Of a stretch of DNA of 64,000 nucleotides, positions 1-8,527 are shown in pieces. Within the stretch, counting starts at the first letter, position 1. Every line of letters begins with the position of its first letter. Under the pieces are notes generated by a model that was not told the DNA's origin, ran no database searches, and saw only the letters and a program-made list of their open reading frames with translations. The DNA lies in contig CAWCMR010000025.1 of assembly GCA_963796685.1 (NCBI GenBank), positions 1,856,001 to 1,920,000 of the forward strand, written 5' to 3'. Source of the stretch: an uncultured delta proteobacterium. GTDB lineage: Bacteria > Myxococcota_A > Polyangia > Fen-1088. Position numbers and translations under genes: made by a program.

Positions 1-1191
1 TCGCTCAAGTTCAAGCTCTACAACCTGACTTCGGCAGACGCCGGTCACTTGCTCGCCGAAGGCGTGGTCGAGGAGATCGGGCGCGAGAAATCCAAGTTCA
101 CGTACAAGACCCACAAGTCGCCCAGTAAGGTCGTTCTGGAGGTGGTGGCCAAGGATCACACGCAGGCCGTGGCGGCGATGAAGGATGCGCTGCTGCACCC
201 GGAATATGGTCTGTTCAAGGACAAGATCCAGGTCGACGCCGTCGGCCACCGCGTGGTCCACGGCGGCGAGAAATTCTCGGCCTCGGCCCTGGTCACGCCC
301 GGCGTGCGCGCCGCCATCGAAGAGTGCATCGCCATCGCGCCCTTGCACAACCCCCCGAACCTGGCCGGCATCTCGGCCTGCGAAACCATTTTTCCCGGCT
401 TGCCGCAGGTCGCGGTGTTCGACACGGCTTTTCATCAGTCCATGCCGCCACACGTATTTCTCTACGGCTTGCCCTACGAGCAATACGACAAGTTTCACAT
501 CCGCAAGTACGGCTTCCACGGCACCTCGCACGAGTACGTCGCGCGTCGCTGCGCCGACCTGATGAAGAAGGACTTCGACAAGCTCCGCCTCATCACGTGC
601 CACATGGGCAACGGCTCCAGCATCACCGCGGTCAAGTACGGCAAGTCGTTCGACACCTCGATGGGGCTGACGCCGCTCGAAGGCGTGGTCATGGGCACGC
701 GCACAGGCGACATGGATCCCGCGGTGGTGCTCCACATCATGGAGAAGCAGAAGCTGTCGCCGCTGGAGATGAACGCGCTGCTCAACAGCAAGAGCGGAGT
801 GAAGGGCATCTCCGGCATCAGCAACGACATGCGGCAAATCATGGAGAAGGCCGACGAGGGCAACTACCGCGCGCAGCTCGCCCTCGATATTTTTGCCTAT
901 CGCATCGTGAAGTACATCGGCTCGTACGTGGCGGCCATGGGCGGCGCTGACGCCATCATCTTCACCGGCGGTATCGGCGAGAACTCCGTGGCCGTGCGCG
1001 CGAAGATCTTGGAACCGCTGGCCTTTCTCGGCGCAGAGCTCGATCCCGTGCGCAACGGATCGGACGCCAAGGAAAAGCTCATCACCAAGGACGGCTCGCG
1101 CATCGCGACCTGGGTCGTGCCCACCAACGAAGAGCTCATGATCGCCCAGAAGACGAAAACCATCGTCGAAGAGCAAGTCGGCGCTGGATAA
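1..1191 (+). CDS. ackA: acetate kinase (5' end outside window)
   Basis: SLKFKL at window start; GHRVVHGG, PLHNP, FDTAFH, YGFHGTSH, HMGNG, SMGLTPLEG, FTGGIGEN, PTNEE motifs. Confidence 0.97.
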   Translation, partial: SLKFKLYNLTSADAGHLLAEGVVEEIGREKSKFTYKTHKSPSKVVLEVVAKDHTQAVAAMKDALLHPEYGLFKDKIQVDAVGHRVVHGGEKFSASALVTPGVRAAIEECIAIAPLHNPPNLAGISACETIFPGLPQVAVFDTAFHQSMPPHVFLYGLPYEQYDKFHIRKYGFHGTSHEYVARRCADLMKKDFDKLRLITCHMGNGSSITAVKYGKSFDTSMGLTPLEGVVMGTRTGDMDPAVVLHIMEKQKLSPLEMNALLNSKSGVKGISGISNDMRQIMEKADEGNYRAQLALDIFAYRIVKYIGSYVAAMGGADAIIFTGGIGENSVAVRAKILEPLAFLGAELDPVRNGSDAKEKLITKDGSRIATWVVPTNEELMIAQKTKTIVEEQVGAG

Positions 1192-1256
1192 TCCGCGGTC
1201 CCCGGCGTAAATCTAGGCCCCGCCGGCAGCGATGGCGGCCTGAAAGGATTGCAGCC

Positions 1257-1997
1257 GTGGAACAGAAAGACATCGAGCAGACCCTGGTACTCATCAAGCC
1301 CGACGCCCTCAAGAACTCCTTGACCGGGTACGTGCTGTCGCAGCTTTCCGAGTTCCACACCGGCCTGCGTTTCGCGGCCACCAAGATCGTCCACGTCAGC
1401 GCCATGCTGGCGGGCGAGCACTACGCCGAGCATCGCGGAAAGTTCTTCTTCCCCTCCTTGCTCGACTACATCCAAGGCCGCCTGCACTATGCCAAGGAGC
1501 CGTGGAGGCGTCGGGTGATCGCCATCGTGTACCAGGGGCCCAAGGCGGTGACCCGTGTGCGCGAGCTGTGCGGTCCGACCAATCCACACAAGGCGCGGGA
1601 CGAGCGGCCGGGCTGCATTCGCTCTCTCGGCACGGTCGAGATTCTCAAGGACGCCGAGGGCAAGGTCCTGGGCGAGCGCATGGACAACCTCATCCACGCC
1701 TCGGCCAACCCTGCGGACGCCGAGCGCGAGATCAAGCTGTGGTTCAAGCCGGGCGACATCCCACCCGCCATGCACCCCTACCCGACCGAGTCGAGCAAGG
1801 CGCACTACTACTTCAAGGACGGCAAGCTCTTCGACACCTACGACACCGGCCGCGTGTGCGTGCTGGCGACCGGCGATCTGGGCTGGAAGTCGGACCTCGA
1901 GGCGCTCGGCCATCTCTTGCGCGGCGAGCCCTCGGCGGTTCCGGTGGAATCGGTGGTGGCCAAGTACCTCATCAACGAGCACCAGGAAGCCGAGTAG
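1257..1997 (+). CDS. ndk: nucleoside diphosphate kinase family protein with C-terminal extension
   Basis: EQTLVLIKPD, HYAEH.GK.FF, GPTNP, PGCIR, NLIHAS, AEREIKLWF motifs plus about 80 extra C-terminal aa. Confidence 0.85.
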   Translation: MEQKDIEQTLVLIKPDALKNSLTGYVLSQLSEFHTGLRFAATKIVHVSAMLAGEHYAEHRGKFFFPSLLDYIQGRLHYAKEPWRRRVIAIVYQGPKAVTRVRELCGPTNPHKARDERPGCIRSLGTVEILKDAEGKVLGERMDNLIHASANPADAEREIKLWFKPGDIPPAMHPYPTESSKAHYYFKDGKLFDTYDTGRVCVLATGDLGWKSDLEALGHLLRGEPSAVPVESVVAKYLINEHQEAE

Positions 1998-2011
1998 GGC
2001 GGCCCACCGGG

Positions 2012-3331
2012 ATGCCCGGATTCTTCACCACAGAGAGCACAGAGAGCACAGAGAGCGCAGAGGGTGCGGAGGCAGAAAGGGTTCGGAGCCCAGATCCGGA
2101 AACCATTTCTGCTCCGGCCTCTGTGTCCTCTGCGCTCTCTGTGGTGAAGGATCCGAATCCGCCGCGAGAGCCGCGCCCGGTTTGCCAGCGGTGCTTCCGA
2201 CCGTGCTCGGTCTGCTTTTGCGCCGATCTCAAGCCCATCGCCACCAAGACCCGGGTGGTGATCTTGCAACATCCTCGGGAGCGCGACGTCGGCATCGGTA
2301 CCGTGCGCCTGGCCCGCCTCGGGCTGGCCGGGGCCGAGCTTCGCCGCGACGTCGATTTCAGCGACGATCCGGTGGTGCGCCAAGTCCTGGCGTCCGGGAA
2401 TGCCTACCTGTTGTTTCCAGGGCCCCAGGCCATCGACGTCGAGACGGCGAGCTTTTCCACGCCCATCACCCTGGTGGTCCTCGACGGAACGTGGACGCAG
2501 GCGCAGAAACTGCTCAAGTCCAATCCCGGCCTGGCTGCGCTTCCGCGCCTGCGCCTTTCGCCGACGGCGCCCAGCCTGTACGGCCAGATCCGCCGCGAGC
2601 CCGCCGCCCACTGCGTGGCCACCATCGAGGCCATCGCCCACGTGCTCGGCCACTTGGAAAGCGACCCGGCACGCTTCGCCGAATTCCTACGCCCCATGGC
2701 GGCCATGGTCGAGCGCCAGCTCTACTTCGTCACCGAGGTCGCGAGCAACCGCCACCGGCGTTCCATCATCAAGCGCAAACCGCGCGACCCCATCCCGTCG
2801 GAGCTGCGTAACCGTCAGGCGGATGTCGTCTGCGTACAAGGCGAAGCCAATGCCTGGCCGCGCGCGCATCCCGACCGCAACCCACCCGAAACCGTGCACT
2901 GGCTGGCCAAGCGCCTTTCGACCGGCGAAGCGTTCGAGGCCGTGATCGCTCCGCGCCGTCGCTTGGCCCCTTCGACCTGTCATCATATCCGGCTCTCGCC
3001 CGAGATCCTGGCCGCGGGCGAATCCTGGGACGTCTTCCACGCGCGCTTCCGCGCCTTTCTTCGTCCGACCGACGTGCTCGCATGCTGGGGCCACTTCTCG
3101 CTCGCGACCCTGAGCGCCGACGGCTTCGGCCCCGACAACCCCCACATCGACGTGCGCCCCATCGCCAGCAAGGTGCTGGGCCATCGCACGGGCAAGGTCG
3201 AGGAGTGCTTGGCCAAGATGGAGCTTTCTTCGCCGTTGCCCTGGGCGGACGGCAGGGGCGGGGCGTGCCTGGCCGGCCTGTGCGCCGTGGTCGAAAGACT
3301 TTGTACGTGGCCGGCCAAACCTCCGGGATAA
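2012..3331 (+). CDS. DTW-domain tRNA aminocarboxypropyltransferase fused to a 3'-5' exonuclease-like domain (start uncertain, 2012 or about 2141)
   Basis: CxxC..CxC, LQHPRE, LLFPG, LDGTWTQA, R.EP...ATIEA motifs; C-terminal region resembles a DnaQ-like fold. Confidence 0.8.
   Translation: MPGFFTTESTESTESAEGAEAERVRSPDPETISAPASVSSALSVVKDPNPPREPRPVCQRCFRPCSVCFCADLKPIATKTRVVILQHPRERDVGIGTVRLARLGLAGAELRRDVDFSDDPVVRQVLASGNAYLLFPGPQAIDVETASFSTPITLVVLDGTWTQAQKLLKSNPGLAALPRLRLSPTAPSLYGQIRREPAAHCVATIEAIAHVLGHLESDPARFAEFLRPMAAMVERQLYFVTEVASNRHRRSIIKRKPRDPIPSELRNRQADVVCVQGEANAWPRAHPDRNPPETVHWLAKRLSTGEAFEAVIAPRRRLAPSTCHHIRLSPEILAAGESWDVFHARFRAFLRPTDVLACWGHFSLATLSADGFGPDNPHIDVRPIASKVLGHRTGKVEECLAKMELSSPLPWADGRGGACLAGLCAVVERLCTWPAKPPG
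2023..2149. repeat. palindromic CACAGAG-type interspersed repeat (reads TTESTESTE / LCVLCALCG)
   Basis: CTTCACCACAGAGAGC ... GCTCTCTGTGGTGAAG inverted ends with internal 9-bp tandem units. Confidence 0.8.
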
Positions 3332-3386
3332 GCCGCTCATGGCGGTACACCGCTCAAATTCGGCTATCATGAGGCCGAGGACTTCA

Positions 3387-4496
3387 ATGCGAGCGCGTGC
3401 CTCTCTCGAACCATACCTTCGTGGAATCGGACTGCGCCATGTGCTTGGGTTCGTGGTTCTCGCGGGCTGCTCGAATCCGCTTCGCACCGGAGAGTCTCGT
3501 ACCGGAGGCGCAATGGGGAGCGGTGGCGTGGCCAGCGCCGGCGGTGTGATGGGCTCCGGCACTATTGCCGGGGGAGGCGGCGTGATCGGCACGGGTGGCG
3601 GAGGCGGAGTGACAATCACGCTGACGACAAGCACCACCGTTCGCACGTTCTTCTGCGGTGACGGCGCTCTCAATCCAAACGAGCAGTGCGATGATGGAAA
3701 CACGGTGAGCGGCGACGGTTGCTCTCGGCTGTGTCAGATCGAAGCCTGCCACGCCTGTCCAGCCCCTGGGCAACCCTGTGTCCGCACCTGCCACTGCGGC
3801 GACGGAGTCCTGACCTCCGATGAGACCTGCGACGATGGGAATACCGTTGGCGGCGACGGTTGCTCCGATGACTGCCAGAGCATCGAGCCCGGCTGGTCTT
3901 GTCGCGTGCCGGGCAAGGCGTGCGCCCCCATCTGCGGCGACGGAACGATCGTGGGCAACGAAGAGTGCGACGACGGCAATACGGCGAATCGGGATGGTTG
4001 CTCCGTGGCGTGCCAGATCGAGCCCGGTTATCTCTGTCCGCAAGCCGGCCGCCCCTGCGCGCTGGTACCATGTTCGAGCCAGCAGGTCGACGCTGGCGTG
4101 TCCTGCGATGCCAGCAGACAGCTCCACTCCATCTGTGGCGACGGCATCGTCACGCCTGACGAGGCATGCGATTGCGGCGATGGTACCGTGGCCGTCCCTG
4201 CCACCTGCTTGGGGCCCAACGACGATTCTACCTACAACGGGTGCACGACGGCCTGCACGCTCGGTCCCTACTGTGGCGACGGCATCGTCAACGGCACCGA
4301 GACGTGCGACGTTGGCCCGGCCAACGGCAGCATCTGCGGCACGCCAGACAGTTGCAGCACCCATTGCACCAAGGCCCACTACTGCGGCGACGGTATCGTC
4401 GACACGGAATGCGACGAAACGTGCGACATGGGCACCCTCAATGGAAGTGTCGGCTCGCTGTGTGACGCGTTTTGCAGATACATCATCCTTCCTTGA
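3387..4496 (+). CDS. lipoprotein with Myxococcus cysteine-rich (DUF4215-type) repeats
   Basis: LAGC lipobox, Gly-rich linker, repeated CGDG...E.CDDGN...DGCS..C units; start uncertain. Confidence 0.85.
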   Translation: MRARASLEPYLRGIGLRHVLGFVVLAGCSNPLRTGESRTGGAMGSGGVASAGGVMGSGTIAGGGGVIGTGGGGGVTITLTTSTTVRTFFCGDGALNPNEQCDDGNTVSGDGCSRLCQIEACHACPAPGQPCVRTCHCGDGVLTSDETCDDGNTVGGDGCSDDCQSIEPGWSCRVPGKACAPICGDGTIVGNEECDDGNTANRDGCSVACQIEPGYLCPQAGRPCALVPCSSQQVDAGVSCDASRQLHSICGDGIVTPDEACDCGDGTVAVPATCLGPNDDSTYNGCTTACTLGPYCGDGIVNGTETCDVGPANGSICGTPDSCSTHCTKAHYCGDGIVDTECDETCDMGTLNGSVGSLCDAFCRYIILP

Positions 4497-4507
4497 CCAC
4501 GTCCCGG

Positions 4508-4665
4508 GGGGCCAGCGCACTCTCTCGCATGGCCGACCCCTCACCCGACGCGCTTCGCGCGTCGACCTCTCCCCGCTGCGCGGGGCGAGGTGTTGCGAGG
4601 TGAATCTTCAGAGCGCTCGCAAGCTCTCGATTCTGCGCAGCATTCAACCCGTTTGGCCGCCCTAG
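4508..4665. repeat. partial copy of the 12242-12493 MITE with internal REP-like palindrome
   Basis: near-identical to 12347-12493; ends in CTAG overlapping the stop codon of the next gene. Confidence 0.8.
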
Positions 4666-5699
4666 TCGCACGTGCCGGGATCGGCGATGCTGGTCTCCAC
4701 CGAAAAATCGGAGTCGATCACGTGTCGCTCGGCGAAGAACAAATGAAGGTCGTAGGTGTTGCCGGGAACGATGCCGAATTCCGCCTGGTGGTCGTCCAGG
4801 TACACTTCGCCCATCTTGGATTGGTGGCAGCCGCCCAAATCGATGGCCAAGTGCCGATTGACGAATACCCACAGGTCGTCGTCGCCCGTGAAACGAAACA
4901 CCTCGCCGCCCTGGTAGTGGAAGGTGAGCTTCGTCGCGAGCGTGAAGTCGAAGTCGTGATCGAAACCCTCGTCCCCGAATCCGCGCGGGTCGCCGTCGAG
5001 CGGGAAGAAGCCGATGCCGGTGAACGCGAAGAATCCCGGGTTGCTGGTCGACGCCTGCAAGGGTACATCGTAGGGAATCGTCACGTTCACGCCGGGCACG
5101 TCGTGGTACCACTGGGCGAACGTCTCGGGGTCGGTCACGGTCCGGGTACCTCCCGTGTGGGCATAGGTCGGCGTATCGTCGTCCCCGAGCAGCGGGAGGA
5201 CGATCCCAAGCTCGCTGGCATCGCCCGAAACGTCGCTGCGCTCGAAGTCCGGATGGGTGCGATGAAAATCGCGAAGCGTGGTGCGCAAGCGGGGCGATTT
5301 GGGGACAGGGGCATCGCACTCGGCCCATGCGCCGTCTTGGCAGACTCTCTTTCCCGGGCCGCAGACGCTGGCACAAGCCTCGCTTACGACCGGCACCACG
5401 CACGGCTGCCACAGGCCGGCGCTGCAGAGTTGACTGCCCTCACCGCACGTGTCGCTGCAGGCGCGCATGCTGCCCGATTGCGTGCACGCGTCTTTCGTCG
5501 GCAACAGGTGCGTGCGACCACCGCCACATGCGACCAGGCAGGTCAGCAACCAAACTACGCCAGCGACGAGCCAGCCCTGCCAAGCGGTCCGGCGTGGCCC
5601 AAGCAAGGGGATCACCCGACAGAGGATACTGCAATTCGCCTGCACCAGAGCAACTAGACCTGGCACGGAAGGCACGCTTGACACGCCAGGGCGACCCAT
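4662..5699 (-). CDS. fibro-slime (PA14-like) domain lipoprotein (true start probably internal)
   Basis: RDF...HPDFE, FAQWYHD, FFPLD, F.FTGDDDLWVFVN..LAIDLGG.H, LFFAERH. Confidence 0.9.
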   Translation of the reverse strand: MGRPGVSSVPSVPGLVALVQANCSILCRVIPLLGPRRTAWQGWLVAGVVWLLTCLVACGGGRTHLLPTKDACTQSGSMRACSDTCGEGSQLCSAGLWQPCVVPVVSEACASVCGPGKRVCQDGAWAECDAPVPKSPRLRTTLRDFHRTHPDFERSDVSGDASELGIVLPLLGDDDTPTYAHTGGTRTVTDPETFAQWYHDVPGVNVTIPYDVPLQASTSNPGFFAFTGIGFFPLDGDPRGFGDEGFDHDFDFTLATKLTFHYQGGEVFRFTGDDDLWVFVNRHLAIDLGGCHQSKMGEVYLDDHQAEFGIVPGNTYDLHLFFAERHVIDSDFSVETSIADPGTCD

Positions 5700-5726
5700 G
5701 GTTGATCTTAGCCAGGAGACGTGGCG

Positions 5727-6227
5727 ATGGCATTCATGGAGTCTGGCGTTCTTCGGGAACGAATTCGGCAGTGGGTTCTGGGCTCCTTTCCCAACGAGGG
5801 GCTCGAGAAGAAGACCGCGACCATCGACCGCGCTCTGCAGTTGGGGGACACCGGAAAATATCGTCTAGTCGAGCCAACCTGGGTCACGCAGATGCTCGCC
5901 AGCGATCCGCGCTCCGATCCGGGTCTCTATTCCGAGAACCAATACGACTGCGAGGATCTCGCGTTCGCCGCGCGGGTTGCAGTGGCCCATCGGCTTATCA
6001 CCCAACCGCCACCTGATGGCTACGGCCTCCCACCCGCCTTCGGGCTCTTCCTCACCGACCTTCATGTCTTGAATGTTGGCGCGGGCCCCGATGAGCGTCC
6101 CTACCTCTACGACGTTCGCACCAAGAAGATTCTCGTCGGAGCCCCGCTGGACGGGGCGTTTCTGGACGGCACGATCAGCAGCGGATGGCTCGATTCCGTG
6201 GAAAGGATTCGTTATGTGTTCATTTGA
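5727..6227 (+). CDS. hypothetical protein, MOA/agglutinin C-terminal-like putative cysteine protease
   Basis: YDCEDLAF motif followed by H.LN and a YD motif. Confidence 0.5.
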   Translation: MAFMESGVLRERIRQWVLGSFPNEGLEKKTATIDRALQLGDTGKYRLVEPTWVTQMLASDPRSDPGLYSENQYDCEDLAFAARVAVAHRLITQPPPDGYGLPPAFGLFLTDLHVLNVGAGPDERPYLYDVRTKKILVGAPLDGAFLDGTISSGWLDSVERIRYVFI

Positions 6228-6231
6228 GGGG

Positions 6232-7527
6232 ATGCGTACGTCATTGGTCCTGGTCGTGTTGGCGGGGATTGCGTCTGCGGCGTGCTCGCACACGACCGTG
6301 CGAGTCCGGCCCTACGAGGCCGGGGACACCGCGTGGACCAACCCTGGTGCCGTGTACTATTTGCCCAAGGCACTGCTGCAGACCGATTTCACCGTCAAGC
6401 TGACCCTTCGTCCGCCCTCGAGCTGCTCCGACGGCCCGGCCAACTGCACGAGGTTGGTATTGGCCGCCGCGGACGCCACCATCGAGCAGGCGAAGATCGA
6501 ACCCGTATCCATTCCCGACCCGGCTGCAGCATTCGTGGTTCGCTCGCCTGGCAGCTTCATGGTGAAGACCGCCTTCGCCGCGCAATTCAACGAAAAGGGC
6601 GAGCTGACCTCCGCGAAAGCCACTTCGTCCAATCAGGCCATCGAGCTCGCAACTTGGGGCCTCGAGACGATCGGCACTGTCGCAAAGGCCGTCGCGGCCG
6701 CGGGCCCGACCCCGGAGGCGGATCGGCGCAGCCTGCTGGCCAAGCGCCGTCTCGCCCTGGAGCAGGCGCTGACAAGCCTGGATGAGGGATTCATCAAGCT
6801 CGCCGAGGAAGGCGCCTCCACGGCAAGCACAAGCGCAGGGATGGACAAGATCGTGGCTTTGAGGAAGAAGATTCAAACCGAAATTGCCGCCATCGACGGC
6901 GAGCTCGTGAAGACGTTGAGCGTGCCCGTGACCTGCGTGCTGGATCCGTCGGCGAAGGACGCTTTCAGCATCTCCGAGTCCGGCGGCGACTGCCCGGCCT
7001 ACGCCGCTGTCCGAGAAGCCCTCACGGCGGCCGACGTGGAAGTGAAGTCACCCTTGCCCGGACTGACGGTCACACTCGATGGACTTGGCGGAAAGCACGC
7101 GGCGACCGGCGCGATGCAGGAGGTTCACGGGTTCGTGTATCGCGTTCCCGCGTGGTTCCGCGTGCAGGTGACGAGCGAGCACAAGTCGCAGGTGCAAAAG
7201 ATCCTCGCCATTCCCCAGCGTGGGCAACTGGCGGTGTTCGGGCTCGACGACGACGACCTGCGAGCCGGGAAGACTGTCGAGGTGAGCCTGCATCCGTCGC
7301 TCGGCATGCTGAGCGAGGTCAAGCTCAACGGCGAGCCGGTCGACCTGGACAGCGCGCGCAAGTTGGTCGGGTCTGCGACGAGCATGGCCACCCTCGGTGG
7401 CGACCTCGAGCTCGCTCGCCTGCAGCAGCAGACGGCTCTGGCCGAGGCCCAGGCGAAGTATCTTCAAGACATGGCCGACCTGGAAAAGGCGAGGAAGGCC
7501 CTGGCGAAGGCGCGCGCGCCCGAGTAG
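6232..7527 (+). CDS. hypothetical lipoprotein (DUF4831-like) with coiled coils
   Basis: signal peptide ending SAAC; YYLPK, PDP, GELTS and YRVP motifs. Confidence 0.6.
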   Translation: MRTSLVLVVLAGIASAACSHTTVRVRPYEAGDTAWTNPGAVYYLPKALLQTDFTVKLTLRPPSSCSDGPANCTRLVLAAADATIEQAKIEPVSIPDPAAAFVVRSPGSFMVKTAFAAQFNEKGELTSAKATSSNQAIELATWGLETIGTVAKAVAAAGPTPEADRRSLLAKRRLALEQALTSLDEGFIKLAEEGASTASTSAGMDKIVALRKKIQTEIAAIDGELVKTLSVPVTCVLDPSAKDAFSISESGGDCPAYAAVREALTAADVEVKSPLPGLTVTLDGLGGKHAATGAMQEVHGFVYRVPAWFRVQVTSEHKSQVQKILAIPQRGQLAVFGLDDDDLRAGKTVEVSLHPSLGMLSEVKLNGEPVDLDSARKLVGSATSMATLGGDLELARLQQQTALAEAQAKYLQDMADLEKARKALAKARAPE

Positions 7528-7571
7528 CGCGCTGTCGCTCGTGCCTCTTTCGGTTCTGACCCCGGCCCGTT

Positions 7572-8360
7572 TCACAGATGTCGTTCCTCGCCGACGGGAC
7601 GAGCGTTGGCGATTTGCCTCGTCAGCCAGGTCTTGGCCGTCGATACGGCGCCTTCGAGAGGCTGGCCGCGCGCCAGTCCGACGGCGATGGCAGTGGCCAG
7701 GGCGCAGCCGGTTCCACGCGGGCTCGGCCCCGCGATGCGCGGGCTCGAGAACAGGCTTTCCCCGGCTGGCGAGAGCAACACGTCGGTGGCGTCGCCTTCG
7801 AGGTGGCCGCCTTTGACCAGAATCGCGGCCACGCCGAGGGCACGCAGGTCGCGGGCCGCCGCCCGCGCCTCGGATTCACTGTGCACGGGCCGATCGAGCA
7901 GCCAAGACGCCTCGTCCAGGTTGGGCGTGAGCAGGGTCGCTCGGCGTGCCAAGGCCAGAATGCCTGATCGTTCCCCGTCGTAGAGGGAATAACCACCCGA
8001 TGTCCTCAGCACCGGATCGTAGACGACGGGCCCGGGATAGGACGAAAGCGCGGCCTCGATGGCTTGCGTCGTCGCCGCGCTGGCGACCATGCCGATTTTC
8101 ACCGCGCTGCCGGATGCGCCGGCCCTCGCCAGCGCACTGGCCAAGGCGGCGCCCACGCGCTCGGGGACCCGCGGTTCGATGGTGCAGGCTGCATGCGGCC
8201 CCTGCTCGGTCCAGGCGGTGCCGACCACCACGCCCAGGGCGGACAGGGCGGTTGCCGTGAGTAGATCTCGGGCCACGCCAGCGCCGGTTCCGGGATCGAG
8301 GCCGCCTACGAGGACGATTCTGGCGGGCAAATTGCTGTGGGTAGGGTATTGTAAGTCCAA
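7572..8360 (-). CDS. thiD: hydroxymethylpyrimidine/phosphomethylpyrimidine kinase
   Basis: G.DP.GAG...DL, VKIGM, VYDPV, TPNLDEA, VKGGH, RGTGC. Confidence 0.88.
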   Translation of the reverse strand: MDLQYPTHSNLPARIVLVGGLDPGTGAGVARDLLTATALSALGVVVGTAWTEQGPHAACTIEPRVPERVGAALASALARAGASGSAVKIGMVASAATTQAIEAALSSYPGPVVYDPVLRTSGGYSLYDGERSGILALARRATLLTPNLDEASWLLDRPVHSESEARAAARDLRALGVAAILVKGGHLEGDATDVLLSPAGESLFSSPRIAGPSPRGTGCALATAIAVGLARGQPLEGAVSTAKTWLTRQIANARPVGEERHL

Positions 8361-8527
8361 GTGCCACCTCGGTGTGTCGAATGCCTACGGGAACACTTGC
8401 ACAGGTAATGGACTCACGGGTAGTTTCACACCCGCAGCAAGCAAGGAAATCGAGGTGTTCCCAAGCATATCGACGCTATGGAAGGAGCGAAGCTGGGACA
8501 TTTCAGGATACAATCAATTGTGACGCC

